Positions 9,759 through 24,012 of a stretch of 64,000 nucleotides of DNA are shown here, piece after piece. The DNA comes from Vicugna vicugna (Eukaryota): contig MU061579.1 in the NCBI GenBank assembly GCA_013265495.1, positions 6,074,963 through 6,138,962 on the forward strand. The letters run 5' to 3'. Position numbers and translations under genes: made by a program. The notes under the pieces are model-generated. The model did not search any database, was not told the origin of the DNA, and saw only the letters and a list, made by a program, of their open reading frames with translations. Numbering within the stretch: the stretch's first letter is position 1; each line of letters opens with the position of its first letter.

Positions 9759-12700
9759 TTCACTTTCTAATATACTAGATAAGCCACTCATCTCTTGTGA
9801 TTGTCTGAATGCCCTGCTATAAAGTCAACTCATTGCAAGAAGAGTTTCTGTTTTTTCACTTTTGATTTGTTCACCCTATTACAGAGCATGCATACAGGAA
9901 ATGATCAATAAATATCTTCTGAATAGTGACTGAAGAAAGGTTTAAAAAAGTTCAGATGTATAATATTCTGTTCTATTTTCCTAAATCCCAGCAGATGAAA
10001 ACAGGAAATTATGAGACAAATTCAAGCTGAATAAAAACAATTTCATCAATGTAATTTATAAGTATTTCGTAATTTGGAATTTTCTGATAAGATTAGGATT
10101 ATGCATTATAGATAAGTATTTCTTCTACACTAAAATCAATAGGAAGAAACATTTAGTTATTTAGTTCCTAGCTTAATTCCAAAGTTTCATTAGAATATGT
10201 TAGAGGTAGTGTTGATAACTGCACAACCATGTGAATGTAATTAATGAACTGTGCACTTAAGATGGAAAATTTTGTTATGTGTATTTTATCACAATATATA
10301 AAAAATGAGAGATTAGTAAAAATGATGATTTAGCATAGGAATGTGATTGGGAGTTTTATTAAAAATATAATCTTATTAAACAGTTTCACTTGGCATCTAT
10401 TAGGGAAAATCAAGGCTATAGAGTGGTTTTATATATATTGTAATAATAGTTCTCATTGTCTTTCAACTATCAGCAGAAAGACTTTAAGAGTCTCTTAGAT
10501 GTTGAATTTAGGGGACAAATATTAATATATGTAATGCTGAAATTTCAAGTAAAACTACAATATTAGCCTAAATGACATAAGCTTATATGAAGGGGGGAGG
10601 GGGGATGAAGTGAACTGTTAAGAAGATGAGAGAGGGAGCGATATGCATGAACAATGCAGCGTGTGGAGGGCCTTAGCCTGCTGTGGGGAAAGAAAGCCAA
10701 GGGCACTGATGCTGTGGAAAGAAGGACATCCTTTATGTGCTGCACTGTTCTTAAAAGACAAGGTATGAAATTGGGAGAGCAAGAGGTAGCCTGGTCCAGA
10801 CGATACTAGATTGTGTCAGGGGGCATTTAGAGAAAACCGTTTGAATGGAAATGAGGATCTGAAAAGGAGTCGGTCTCCCACCAGAAAAAAAAAGTTCCTC
10901 TGTCACAGTCAGAGCAAGATGCAGGAATGGGTGAGCAAATCTCTCACAAGGCTCTAGCCTCTGCCCACATATATTTGCCTTTATATCTAGATGGGGGCCA
11001 ATGGTTATGGAGGTCTCATGATAGCAAAACGTAGTATGACCAGTGTACCGATTACAGCAGAAACTCTCTTAAATGACTTTCACTACTGAAGTCACTGTAT
11101 TAGTTGATATCATCTCTTTGCTATAAAGTATATATCGCTAATTGATTCTCATGATAATGTTTTAAATGCTTTATACTTTATATGATTATTTACACTACAG
11201 AATATATCATGCAGAAATAGAAACCCAAGGAAATGACCATATGCTCAAAGTCACACAGGTGGGAGTTCAGAAAGGACCCGAGGCTGGCCTGTGTGAAACC
11301 AGTCTTCTTTCCACCACGTCAAGCTGTGCTCCAGGATGGTGACAGGGGAGAGAGGTGTTTAATGGGTAGGATTCTAGGTCACCATTTTCTGCTTCAACTG
11401 CATCATTTTCTTTACTCATAATTTTTGTTTTACAGATTCCTTTCAAGGCATTCTTGAAAGGAAAGGCAATTTTGGAAACGAGTGAATTATTCCATATTGT
11501 CTTCCAAGGTCTTTATTTTGTCTCAATAAGTGTTAACTCTGTGCCAAGCATTAGTCTAATAAATTCTCAAGTATGATATCATTTAATCCTCACTACCACC
11601 CTATGAATTAAGGGCTTCTGTTATCCCTACAGGCTTACAGATAAAAGCTGAGCACAATGATAAAGTGTAGGTACCCAAGCGTAAGCAGGAGGGCTCTCTA
11701 GGTAGCATCTAGCTTGTATGTTCTTAAGCACTCTGTTGGCCTCTTTTCATCTATGATTTCCTTTGCCAACATCTTACTTCCCCTGGCTTATTCAGCTAGC
11801 TCACTACTAATTTACTCAGTTAATTTTAGAAGTCACTTCCTCCAGGAAGCCTTCCATGCCCAGATGAGGTATCCTCATTCTACCTTCCACTGAGCCTCAT
11901 GAAAGCAAGAGAGATCACAGAATGGGAAGTCACCAACTTCACCAGTATGGCAACAATCGGAAAAGCAATCTTTCTTGAATATATCCATTGATAAAGACTA
12001 CATTTTTCTAATGAATATAACCTACTTAGTAATATTTTAAGCTACTTTATTATTTTCTTACACATTTACATAAATCTAATCTAATTCTATAATATTTTAA
12101 TGGTTCATATGAAAAACTGTAATTTTAATTCCTTTTAAACTTTCAATGTTTTTCAATGAAAAATACTAAATATTAAAAAATGTTCTTTGCCAAATATGTT
12201 GAATTACCACATTTACCAAATTTACAAAAAAGTTTGGCTTAGTTTAACTACTCATATGTTTTCAAGCAACTAGTATTTCATGGCATTGTTTTAAAAGCCT
12301 TTAACAATTTTGTTAGTTTTAGTTGACCAAATTTCTGATCTTAAGTATGCTAAAAAACAAAACAAAACGAAACAAAAAACTGTCTCTGAAATTCTGAATT
12401 TGGGATTAAGTAACAAACTACTGTATATTAAATCATCGTCTCAATTCCATACTGGATACTGGTTAATATATTTGATTCTAATAATTTATCTTTCTCTTTG
12501 CTCCATAATCGATCACGAGGCAATGGTAGAAGCTGGGGTTATCTACTCCCCTACTTTTCTTCACTGGTTCAGCTTGGGTTCCTGGGAAGATTCTAGATTA
12601 GCTGAGGAGGCCACGGTTCTGCAGAGCAGTTGCCAAGAGAAACCTGTAAGCACAGAATGGCCGGAGGGACAAGCGCCTGGGCTCCTGGGAGCCTTCCTCT

Positions 12701-13649
12701 TCCCTGTGTTTATATCAGCACAGGCCTGAGCAGGCAGCGAAGGAAATAAGCCATTATTTTCAAGGCTTTTTATCTTTTAGAGGAGAGCCATATTACAGTG
12801 GAATAAATGTTCGAAATGGTAAAACATTTAAAAAAAATCTGATCATTAAATTAAAATGGCTTTCATCCTTCAAAAGTTATTCCTGTTTGGAAAGCAAGAA
12901 ACACACAGCTTAATCCCAAACAGAGGCTCTAAAAAGAAATAATATCTTCTACATGCTTTTCTTTTGGAACTCATCTAAGGCATCGAAACTTGCGCTAGTC
13001 CTGAAGGGTCAGTTTTGAGTGTAAACAGCCTGCGTCCTTTCCTGAATCAAGACTGATGCTCTTTATGTTCACCCTGCCCTTAAGGTGAGAAGGAAAACAA
13101 ATAGCAGTTTTCATGAAAGATGCCAAATTTTCTTTATTGATGCTCAGGGGTCATCCTGTTGTTCCCTTAAATGAACTGAGACACCCCATGGGTTCCCAAA
13201 CCACTGGAATTTGATTGTCTTACTGGAAAGTCTAGTCACAGTGTCTCCAGACATATTCTGCCACAGGCTCATTCTAAGGAGGTTACATGTGAACTTGGAA
13301 GACTAATTTGAGACTGCAATTTTCACCACGAGAACTTCTGTATACATACTTAACATTCTTGGCTACTTTAGGGATAAAAAAAAAAGCAGTACTGTGCATA
13401 TGTAATCAAGTGGTCAGTGACATTATTAAAACTAATCATTTAAGACAAGTTAATAAAATACAAAACTTCAAAGAGTGGCACAAGGTTATTCATAAAGTTT
13501 TCTTGATGGATATGATTTTTACTATGCTTTCCAAAGTAATTATTACTGTGGTTTTGAAACCAATGCAGTAATTAATGCATTGGATCACCTTATGACAAAA
13601 GAAAACAAATGCTATAATTAATGGGAAAACAAATAAAATCCTAACCTAC

Positions 13650-13784
13650 CTCAATATTTCTCCGGGCTTGGGTTGCATTCCTCTCATGCTGGATGGGAAT
13701 TAGAGGCAAACCTCCGATTTTGGGATTTTTGGTGATAGAACGTTTTCGCTCCTTTCCAGCTGGTGGCCATATATCATTTTCATG
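13650..13784 (-). CDS. ARAP2: ARAP2 penultimate coding exon: HENDIWPPAGKERKRSITKNPKIGGLPLIPIQHERNATQARRNIE
   Basis: tgtgtttccacag|CAT ... GAG|gtaggt; 135 nt, phase 0-0. Confidence 0.95.
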
Positions 13785-14949
13785 CTGTGGAAACACAATT
13801 TCCTGCTGTTGGTGTGTGATTTATACCATGTGGTACACCAGGTTACATAGTCACTTGGCTCCTTTTCCATACGTCCAAGTCAGATGCTCTGTGTTCCATG
13901 AGGCACCCTGTTGTAATTATGATGTTAACTCTGGTGGCGGCACCACTCCAGGATGCAAAACTCGTAAGTGAACTGAGCTTTGAGGTCTCAGTTCAATTTC
14001 TAGGTTTCAAATACATGCCTTCTGTACTACTTACAAAACCATGAGGGGGAATATGTTTAAGGAAACCAACAAATGTAATACACCTGTCTACATTTCTAGG
14101 CCCCGGAGTCAAAATGACTATACATTCATCTTCTCTTCCCACAAAGACAACTTTCATGTAAAAATAACTTGACGTTACATATACCCCCAAGTCAACCTAA
14201 GGCATGACTGTCAGGACAATTATCTTTGTGATCTTTGGGAAGATGTTACTCTTTCATCTAATTGAGTTCCAAAGAACTGCTACCTTATACCAAGACATTC
14301 ACACTGTACATTGTACAACAGAACATGTGGTACATTTGTTCTCAAATTACTGACTACATATTCTGGCCACTGAGCAATTATAGATATGACTGGAGAAAAG
14401 TTAATTTTGCGAAGTGGAGAAATACCCACAGGTAAAAATGAAAGCTCTTAAATGATAAATCCGTAAGATATGCATATGAAAGGAAAACCTTTAAAGAATT
14501 TTTCTACCCCTCAGGGTAGATTAACTTTTCAGAAGTTGGGAAAAACAAATTGATTTTCAGATGACAACCTATGAAAGAAATACAGAATACCAACTATACT
14601 GAGAAGCTTAGAGATGTTATTGATGAAATGAAAACCATCTAGTAAATTATATAGCTGAATATCTACTCATTATTTTCTTCTGTTAAGATAGAACAAATTT
14701 TAACTCTTAGGTTGCAATCTGTATTGTAATATCACATTTTATACAGCCAAAAAATTTAATTGCAACAGATGTTGATTGTGTGCTCATTATGTAATAGCAG
14801 CTAACTTATACTGAGGGGCATACTGCTAGACTTTGTGCTGATCCACACCTTGCCTGTGGTGGATAACGCTGTAGTAGACATGGGTCTGCTGCTCACTGTC
14901 TGACCTTGACCTCTTACCTTTCCAGCTAGCTTAGTTTAGTTTCATTTGC

Positions 14950-17480
14950 TCTAAATATTCTTTAGACTTCTTGAGACCTTCAGTCTCTTCTCTACACCAT
15001 TCTCCTTTCACATTCTTTCTTTCTTCCTTCAAAGCCTGCCTCGGATTTCATGGTCAATCAGTATGCTCACTTCCTTGCAATATGTTCAAGCCGTTTGCTG
15101 CTTCTCTTTCTATAATATTGGCCTGGCCAAGCCCTAGTTAAACCCCATTTAACTTACTCTGTTGGTGCCTCCAAAATGATGAAGATCAGTCTGGAGATTC
15201 ATCTCATTTTAAATTTACCCTCAAATTTCAAGTGAGCACTTAGCATTCCCTTGACATTCTACTACGGTACCACTGGGTTCCCGACCTTCTGAAGGTTACT
15301 GCTCATCTCTTACTCTGCCCCAACACTTCTGATATCCCCCCCTGACTCACTGATTTAATTTAAAAAGAACACAAATAACAAATGTTGGCAAAAATGTGGA
15401 GACAAAGAGAAGGCTCATACACTTGGTAGGAACGTAAACTGGGGAGCCACCATGGAAAACAAAAATAAGAACAGAACTATCATATGATCCAGCAATTCCT
15501 CTCCTGGGTACATATCCGAAAAGAAACCAAAAACACAGACACTGATTTGAAAGGATACATGCATCCCAATGTTAATAGCAGCATTGTTTACAACTGCCAA
15601 GAATGGAAGCAACCTAAGTGTCCATTACAGATGAATGGATAAAGCAGATGTGGCAAATATATACAATGGAATACTGCTCAGACATAAGAAGGGATAAAAT
15701 TTTGCCATTTGCAACAAACATGGATAGACTTGGAGGGTATTATTACGTTAAATGAAATAACTAAGACAGAGAAAGACAAATACTGTATGATATCACTTAT
15801 ATGTGGAATCTAAAAAAATAAAACCAACTAGTGAATATAATAAAGAAGTAGACTCACAGATATAGAGAACAAACTAGTGGCTATTGGTGGAGAAAGGGAA
15901 GGGGGAGGGGCAGTAGGAGAAGGGGATTAAGAGGTGCAGACTATTAGGTATGAATAAGCTACAAGGATATAGTATACAAAACAGGGAATACAGCCAGTAT
16001 TTTATAGTAACTATAAATGTAATATAACCTTGGAAATTTTTAATCACTATACTGTGCACCTGTTATTCATATAATCTTGTACACCAACTATACATCAATA
16101 AGAAATAAAAAAACTAAAGGAAAAACAAGAAAAAATTATTAGTAATCATTCAAGAATTTCATTTTCCCACCACGAAATGTACATTTAAGGCCATATAAAC
16201 ATCTCTTCCAATCAGTATTTTCTCATTACAAATAACGCTTCTCCAGTCATATCTATAATTGCTCAGTGGATCAGAATTGAGCCAATAATCTGAGGACCAA
16301 GGGGTCACACCCTCCTTGGGATAATGACTTTTTCAGCAATAATGAACATATGTGTTTGCTCACGTTGCTTTATGTCTGCTCAGAGCCTCTGCTGGTTTAA
16401 CATTCTCTCCTTCAATTCCTTGATAGAATTCTCAGCAACCAAAACCTGATTTCCTTCTTCCTCCATGCTTCTCATTCTTTTGCTCATTTTTTTCTCTTCT
16501 GTTTGACCTTGAAAGTTGGCAGTGTCCTAGGGCTTATCTGTCTTTCCTCATGTTCTCTCCCTACAGCCTCCCCTCTGCGACTGTGCATTCTTATTCTCCC
16601 TCGTTCTTACATTCTCTCTCTCTCTCATCTCGCCCAATCCCCTCATGGCATGCCAGTACAACCCAAATGCTGGCTCCCGCCAGACTTACATTTCGGCTCC
16701 ATACTTTTAACTTTTGAGTTTTTGATTCAGACACCTAACCTGCTAATCAGCCTATCCATTTGTATGTCCAATAAGCATCTCAAATTTCACATGGCCACAA
16801 CAGAACATTCAATGTTCTTCTGCATCTCTGATGATGTCACCTACATTCACCATCTGACCAAGTTAAACAGCTAGGACTCTTCTTTGATTTCTACTCCTCC
16901 CAAACTGCTATCGCCAATCAATCTGTAAGCCGTACTGCCTCTACCTTCAGATACTCTTGAATCTGAATATGTCTCACCAGATCCACTGTTACCACCCTAG
17001 TGTGAACTGCCATCTTCCACAGAGCTGTTCTTCCTGCTTCCATCCTTGACCCCCTCCAGTGCAGCCTCAACAAAGGAACCACAATTTTTTTTTAAGTAAT
17101 GTAAGCTGATTATATCATTCCCTTGTCTCCCACTCAGACTTCCAAACTGGGACTACATCAACTGCCCCCTGCCTTCCTCATCTCTGACATCCTCTCTCAG
17201 GCCTTCCTGATGTGCATGGAATGAGTCAAGAGGATGACATGTCAGGACCTCGGGTTTGCTGGCCCCTATCCCTGGAGTGTTCTCTCCTGTCCTGGATACC
17301 TGACTCCCTCACTTCAGACAGGTCTCAGCACAGCTGTCAGCTTCTCAGAAAGGATCCCCTGAGAGGCTTTCTCAATGAGCGCCTTCCTTACATCAGTCAT
17401 GCTGGCTTTCCCTTCCCTAGCTTATTTTATCATTTCATCACACTAATACCTATTAGAAATTGTATCAGATTATTCTCCTT
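14950..17480 (+). mobile_element. LINE-2 fragments, split by an L1 insertion
   Basis: Pyrimidine-rich L2 body text (catctcaaatttcacatggccaca...tctttgatttctactcctccca). Confidence 0.65.
15360..16135 (+). mobile_element. 5'-truncated LINE-1 (ORF2 end, 3'UTR and A-tail)
   Basis: aacaaatgttggcaaaaatgtggag...gaatggataaag...tcacttatatgtggaatctaaaaa...caataa, then an A-rich tail. Confidence 0.92.
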
Positions 17481-19219
17481 CCTATTTTAGAAACACTAAC
17501 AGCATGTGCTTTGTCGGAGGCATTGGGCTCTGTGATGCGGATATACATGTAGTTTTAATAAGGCTGACACAGTCCTTCCTCTCATGGAGTTTTTAGTAGG
17601 AAAGACAGACTTGAAAAACCTAAATATGCAAATGGTTTTAAACTAGAGCTACAATGTTCAAGTACAGGATGCTAAGGGTTCCTGCAGCCTGAAGGTCTAA
17701 TTGGTCCGAAGATCAGGGAAGGTTTCTCTGAGAATGTGACATGTAGGCTGAGGACTTTCGAGGCAGGGGGGAGGATGGGGATGGATATTAGAAAAGTATT
17801 TCAGGCACCACAAAGAACTCATTGTAAGGGGCACTCACTGTTGATATGTGTGTATTAACATATATATTAACATTTGCTACTTTCCTGTCTGTTTTCCTAT
17901 GGAGGTGAACCATTAAATCCTCAAATCCAAAAGGACCTTTGTGTTTACCTTAATCTTAAGAAGTGGAATGAACAGAAGAAATGTAATTGCGCTGAGTCTC
18001 TGGGGTCAACACAACAAGGGAGGGCAGGTGAGGCAGGGAGAAATAACTTGGTGGTGAGAGTTACCTCTGCTTCTGGCTATTTACACCTTTCTTTTCAACT
18101 ACAGAGTCTACTGACTTCAATTATAAAAACAAAAACATCAAATTTAGTTATGCCATAAATCAACACTGAAACAGTTTTAGACTCTCTGGTTCCAATTTTA
18201 CTAATACTTCAAATCTACCTTTTTTTTTTTTAAGTAGGACTTGAATATCTGAATTTTTACAAAATCTCACAAAAAAAGAAGAAAAGCCTCTAAGAAGTTA
18301 GCAGCCGGTCTTTTTCTGGCAACATATTCCCAGGCAGTAATAGTAGAGTCAGGCTGTGAAGAGCAGTGTTTATTAACCACTGGAAAGGTTAATAAATTAA
18401 ATGAACAGAGAAAATGGTTTTCAAAACAAATAAGGACAAGATTCTGGGGTGAATTAACTTCTCACTTGTAAGAGAAACAGGGAAGTACATCCCGAGTAAT
18501 AAAGAGTGGCAACTTAATTGTCACCAGTGAACTTCAGTGCTCTGGTGGGGGAAGCATTGCTGGGCATTCAGCCAGACAAGGCTGGGGAAGAAACCAGTCC
18601 CCTGTTTAAGGGGACTATTTAACTGTCCCTCCAAGGGGGAGTCCTCCTCTAGGGAGGCCAAATGGGAATGGGAACAGGGGTCGGCCCCTGGCGCCCCTGG
18701 GTTTAAAGCACTAACTAAATGTACGGTCCTGAGCAAATCACGGAGCCTCCGTTAATCCCTGTTCCCTGATAAGCATAATCTTGCACAATTTGTTGCAAGG
18801 AGTACACAAATTAATTCTTTTGAAGTATTTAGCATGCAGTATGTATTCAAGAAATGGACATTCCTATCCTTGTTTCTGGAAAATCAGGAGGCCATGGGGA
18901 GAATAAGAAGGAAAAGAACACATTTTCTAAACAAAGGTCAATGGGATGACAGTTTAGACAAGCCCCTCGTTCTTATATGACCATCTTGAAGCACCTCTTG
19001 CAAGCTAAGGAGCTGCTGGGCTGGCAAAACAAAGCCTCAACAAAGAGTAAACTCTCTTTCAAGGAGTAAGGGGTAAGTCTGTATTCTCATATATTTTAAA
19101 AAATGAATGAAAAAAAAGTATGTGCATAAAACTCATGAAGAATTCTTTGAAAAGCACCACCACATGGACATTTTTCCTTAAACAGTTATTATAATTGATG
19201 GTTGGAACAGACATCATAC

Positions 19220-19283
19220 CTGGGCAATAAAGACATTGGTCATCCACTCCATCTGAGTTTGTGAACTATCACAACACAGGTGC
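19220..19283 (-). CDS. ARAP2: ARAP2 coding exon, PH5 C-terminal helix: (W)HLCCDSSQTQMEWMTNVFIAQ
   Basis: ttgttttgcag|G ... CAG|gtatga; 64 nt, phase 2-0; contains the conserved PH helix Trp. Confidence 0.94.
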
Positions 19284-20379
19284 CTGCAAAACAAGGTTTA
19301 TAAAATATATAATTCAAGAAGACAATGGGATTCTCCAGTGTATTTGTTTGGTAAGTGATCATACCTCTTGGAGTTTCTTCTGATCAATGATGTAATGTAA
19401 TCAAAATGGGAGTATTTCAGTACAAGCTGCTTTAGGCTTCTGTTGAGTGTATATTACCAAAATAATAGTGTAAATATGTTCATTTAAGCAAGACATAGGT
19501 AAAGGGAGCTGTTGAAAAATGATCAGCAATATTTTTGGAAAGGCAAAAAGGTCAATGTCATTTGCTTTTTCAGGTACATAATGGTAAAATATTTTCCCCC
19601 AGAAACTCTGAGCCTAAGAAGAAAAATATGTGCACATTTTCTTAAAAGCAGATTTTAAAAAAAAGGCTTAGAAGTCTCCATCATTATGATTATAAACATT
19701 ACTTTCCACCAGACTCACGAAAAATGAACTGAATGAAAAACCACTGCATGTCCAATAACACTGACTGAGTAACCTTTTATTGAAAACCTACCTAAAACAG
19801 AGATCTTGCCCTCAAGGTTCACATAGTCTATTAAGGGAGCCAGGAATGTAAACAAATAAATTATAACATGTGAGGAAAAGAGAAAGTGAAGTTAAACACA
19901 AACATAGAAACAAACAGCACACTTGGGGATGACTTGAAAGTTGTTTCCTGGCAGAGGAAAATAGTGTAACTGATGTTAGAATGGTATATGGATATTTCAG
20001 TGTAATTATATTTTTTTCTATTCCTGTATTATAGATAATTTATTTGGAAAAATGTTAAAATGAAACATCTAAAAATAATTATTGCTTCTTTCATTAGAGT
20101 CTCTTAAAAACAGTGTCCCTTCCCATTACCACATCAGGAAAACTGTTCTCTCCACAAATCATTTTAATTATGCACACACAGGTACAAAATATTATAGATG
20201 CAAACAAATAATGATTAGAGCTGAGAGTTTTCTGATGAGACTTTTGGAGCATTTTGGCTAAGGTTTGAATACAAAATGACAGTTGTGTCTGCCAGATCAG
20301 CAGGAGGAGGATGAAGTGATGAGAAAAGTGAGTAGCAAACACTACAGAAGAAGGTACAGTAAAGGGACCGTGCAGATAT

Positions 20380-20880
20380 GAAGCAGCAAGGCATGCCTGG
20401 TGAACTAAAGACAGACGACTGTTTTATCATTAGGGAAAAAAGGGAAAGTCATGGGAGATAAAGCTGATGGACCCCCATGTTAAAGGGTCTCGTGTGCTGT
20501 GCTGACAATCCTGTACTTTATCCTGTAGGATTCACAGGAGAGTTTTAAAGCAGAAAAGAAGCATGATACATTTGAGAAAATCTCCTCTGGTGCTGGGTAG
20601 AGAACGTACCAGAAACCAAAAGCAAAGTCAGAGTCATGAAGAGCACTTAGGACTCCTGGAATCATCCAGGCAGATGAATGAAGGAGTGGCCCCATGGACA
20701 GAATGGGTCTGGGCGGATCAGAGAGAATTAAGAGGCAGATCCCCTGCAGGTCAGAGACTGACTAGACACAGGGAGGTGGGGGAGGAGGAATCATCACCTG
20801 GCACAATGTCTACAGAGAGTGGCTAGATCCTGGTGACATGAATGGAAAAAAGTACCTCTATGGAAAGAACAGATTTGAAA
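20380..20880 (-). mobile_element. LINE-2 fragment
   Basis: Purine-rich antisense L2 pattern (ggagagttttaaagcagaaaagaagcatgatacatttg). Confidence 0.55.
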
Positions 20881-21233
20881 CCAATATATGTATTTTAATC
20901 TGAGTTTTGGTAAGTTGTTATCCTTTATTTAAAACTGAATTTTGCCTGCTTATCCCATAAAACCAGGGATTCCACATTTATATGATAACTAGGAAGAAAT
21001 CACGTGTAATTTGTCATAAGAGGCATTGACAAACAGGATACATGGGACTGAAATGGACCTACACCCTGAAACAAATCTATTTTCCCCTTCTTAGGTCCAA
21101 AGTATCTAGAAAAGACTTTAACTTAGGTGAAACATTTCCTGTCTCTAGATCTATCTGCCAAAGAATAATGTTATTCATTTACTGACATTATCATCAGTAT
21201 GTCAAATCCAAAACCTGCCAGCTGTTAACTTAC

Positions 21234-21269
21234 CAGTGATGCTTTTCAGAATACGCTGTCAATCCCCAA
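21234..21269 (-). CDS. ARAP2: ARAP2 36-nt coding exon, PH5: (S)WGLTAYSEKHH(W)
   Basis: tttttttttcccacatgatgcag|T ... CACTG|gtaagt; 36 nt, phase 2-2; fills the expected gap in the protein. Confidence 0.92.
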
Positions 21270-22342
21270 CTGCATCATGTGGGAAAAAAAACACATGCAT
21301 ACATATTAAAAATGATACATTTCACAAGACTGAAAATAATTAGATGTTAAGAAGGTAATATTTAATGGTGGGAATGCATAATAGAATTGATATTCACAAT
21401 TGATGATTCATTGGGTGTGATTTATCTAGAGATAAAGATAAATATTAAGGGATTTGACTACAAATTTAAATATGTTGAAGAGAAACAGAGAAGGAGTCTT
21501 ATGATGTTATGGGGCATGGGGTAAATCTCTCAGAGGATATTCTGGGCTGAGTAAGGACGGATGTCCAGGAAAATGGCCAAAAGACGATAATATACATATT
21601 GATTTACTGATATTGTGAGAGATGAAAGAATGTGCCCATTGCAACACAGCTATATGTGCTGGGCTTACAAATTAAGCACAGAGGCAAAAGTGAGGACATT
21701 TTCAGTGATAGAATCTGAAACCATATACAGTCCATTAAAACGATGTTTTATGATGTTAAAAATATTTGTGCCAACATCAACTAGCTAATCAAAGTAATCT
21801 GTGATAAGAAAGTGTAGTATAACCTGAATGCTGGGTTGATTCAGGTATTAAAGTGAAGCCAGGATTAAGAGGGATCTTCTTTCTACCATCTATGTGCTAT
21901 GGATTTATTACCAAATTCAGCAAAGCCAAAAGGGTGAATTGTAGAGCCAGGACCAAGATGTTCTAAAAGCCAAGGAAGCTGGAGGGCAGCATTTGTCCTT
22001 CTGTGGGTAGACTTTTTTGCAACACTCCTTAACACCACGAGGATGTAACTGAGCAAGGAATGGGACATAAAGAAACCCATATGCTTCCCAGCAGACGGGG
22101 TCTTCTGGGGGTTTCCTGTTCTACACAGAGGACATGGATTCACCCAAGAGCTTGACTTGAGTGGAGACATCAACCTTCCTTATCCACCCACACAGGCTCC
22201 CTGATCTGCCACAGATCCCCGGCCACCTGTCTGTCTAAAACTTAATTCATACGAAGTTAGACTAGTGCCACGGATCCCCACTCCCTTGAATAGACATACT
22301 CTCCCGTGACTTTTTCAGCAACCCTTCCCTTCCAAGCTGTAC

Positions 22343-22425
22343 CTTGTTGGAGGCTTCATTTTCTTTTTCACTCCAAGATAAAACTTCATGGAACTGAGAG
22401 AAAACATTTTGTCAGGTTTACTACT
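22343..22425 (-). CDS. ARAP2: ARAP2 coding exon, PH5: SSKPDKMFSLSSMKFYLGVKKKMKPPT(S)
   Basis: ttttcctttacag|AGT ... ACAAG|gtacag; 83 nt, phase 0-2. Confidence 0.94.
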
Positions 22426-22654
22426 CTGTAAAGGAAAACAAAATAATTTGTAAGGAAACACATTTTTGAAATATCCTTACATTTTCCTTGAGAGTTAATA
22501 ATCATGTTTAGAATTGTTTAGTTTCTTGAATGTTTCATGAACATAATACCAAGTTTTTAGTAAACAAAGATTGTTCTGATTACAATATTACAAATTTAAA
22601 TAATTTTGGATATATATATATTTATAAATAAGTGTATATACAAACACATGCATA

Positions 22655-23332
22655 AACAATAATTCCTTATTCAAAACATCTGGGACCAGAGTTTTATCAG
22701 AATTGATAATTTTTCAGTGTTTTCATATTTAAAAAAAAGAACAATATAATGTATATGCAATATATTCGGTAACTCAACCACACCACCAGTGTTGTCTAGG
22801 GCAGCACCCTGATTCAAATATATTCATATTTCTCTACAGATGCATGACATTTCATACAGTGTGAATAAATAAAGGCTAAAATATTGTTATGGGCTGAATG
22901 TTTATATCCCCTCCAAATTGAAATACAACCCCCAGTGTGATGGGTCGTGGGGGCTTTGGGTGGTAATGAGGTCATGAGATTGGAGCCCTCGTGAACAGGA
23001 TTAGCGCCCTTTTAAAAGAGGCCAGAGAGCTAGCTCACTCTCTTTCTGTCATGTGAGGATACCAGAAGAGGGTGGTAGTCTACAGTTTAGAAGAAGAGCC
23101 TCACTAGAACCTAGCACACTAGCATCCTGCTCTCAGACTCCTGGCCTCCAGAACTGTGAGAGAGAGATTTGTTATTTATAAGCCACTTGGTCTATGGTAC
23201 TTTTTTACAGGTGCCTGAACAGATTAAGACAAGTATCTTCATGTTGGTTTAGGTTAGGTTTTGCCACCAAATGGGTTATAACTTTCTGTACTTTTTGGAT
23301 TTTGGAATTATAAAAAACAGACTGTGAAACTA
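22655..23332. mobile_element. MER46C-like Tigger relic interrupted by an MLT1 LTR
   Basis: The left half (ccttattcaaaacatctgggaccaga...ataaataaaggctaaa) and right half (aggttaggttttgccaccaaatg...ttttggattttggaatt) rejoin across the LTR. Confidence 0.75.
22885..23231 (+). mobile_element. MLT1A-like MaLR solo LTR
   Basis: tgttatgggctgaatgttt...gaggtcatgag..ggagccctcgtgaa..ggattagcgccctt...taagaca; TG...CA ends; TSD aatat/agtat. Confidence 0.88.
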
Positions 23333-23719
23333 TATGGGTATATACTGAACTACATCAAATATCCATATTCATGAAAATTTTCATGAGTAACTCATGAAAG
23401 TTGACCATGAAAAAGAATTTACATTTGTTCTAGATCAGTTATATATTCTCCATACACATCCAAACATATTTATCTGATTAATATTAAAAATTGTTTTTAA
23501 ATCCTTGAACCATCAGGAAAGTTATCTGACAGAGGCAAAACTTAAATCATTATGCAAAAGTTAAAAACTTATTATCAAACCACACACACTTCATTCTTTA
23601 TTCTTGGAAACCCTGCAAAAGATTTTATAAAGACAATAGCCATGGAAATAATAATTAAAACAAGCTTTCCCCATATCCTAAAAATTTTCAAGGAAATCTT
23701 TTTTTTCAGTCTGGTAGAC

Positions 23720-24012
23720 AGACAGCATTTATAACCAAGAGCAAGGAGCCTGGGGTCAGAGACCTGAGTACAAATCTGGCTTGCTACTGGCTAGCTTGTG
23801 ACCACACATTACTGCTCTTTGCTTAGTTATTATTTGTAAACAAGGATAAACATGTTGACTATCTCATGCGGTTATTGTGAAGATTAAATGAGAAAGTAAA
23901 GGGTTATTGTGAAGGGTTATTGTACAGATTAAACAAGAAAAATTGCCTTTAAAGGGTTTAGGCCACTAACTGACCATATACTAAGTGCATAAGAAATTAC
24001 AGCTATTACTAT
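23720..24012 (+). mobile_element. MIR SINE with local duplication of its core
   Basis: ggggtcagagacctgagtacaaatctggc...ggttattgtgaagattaaatgaga. Confidence 0.7.

Noticed and set aside
12310..12729. 139-aa + strand ORF
   Set aside because: TTG start, low-complexity A-rich part, no recognisable domain, antisense within an ARAP2 intron.
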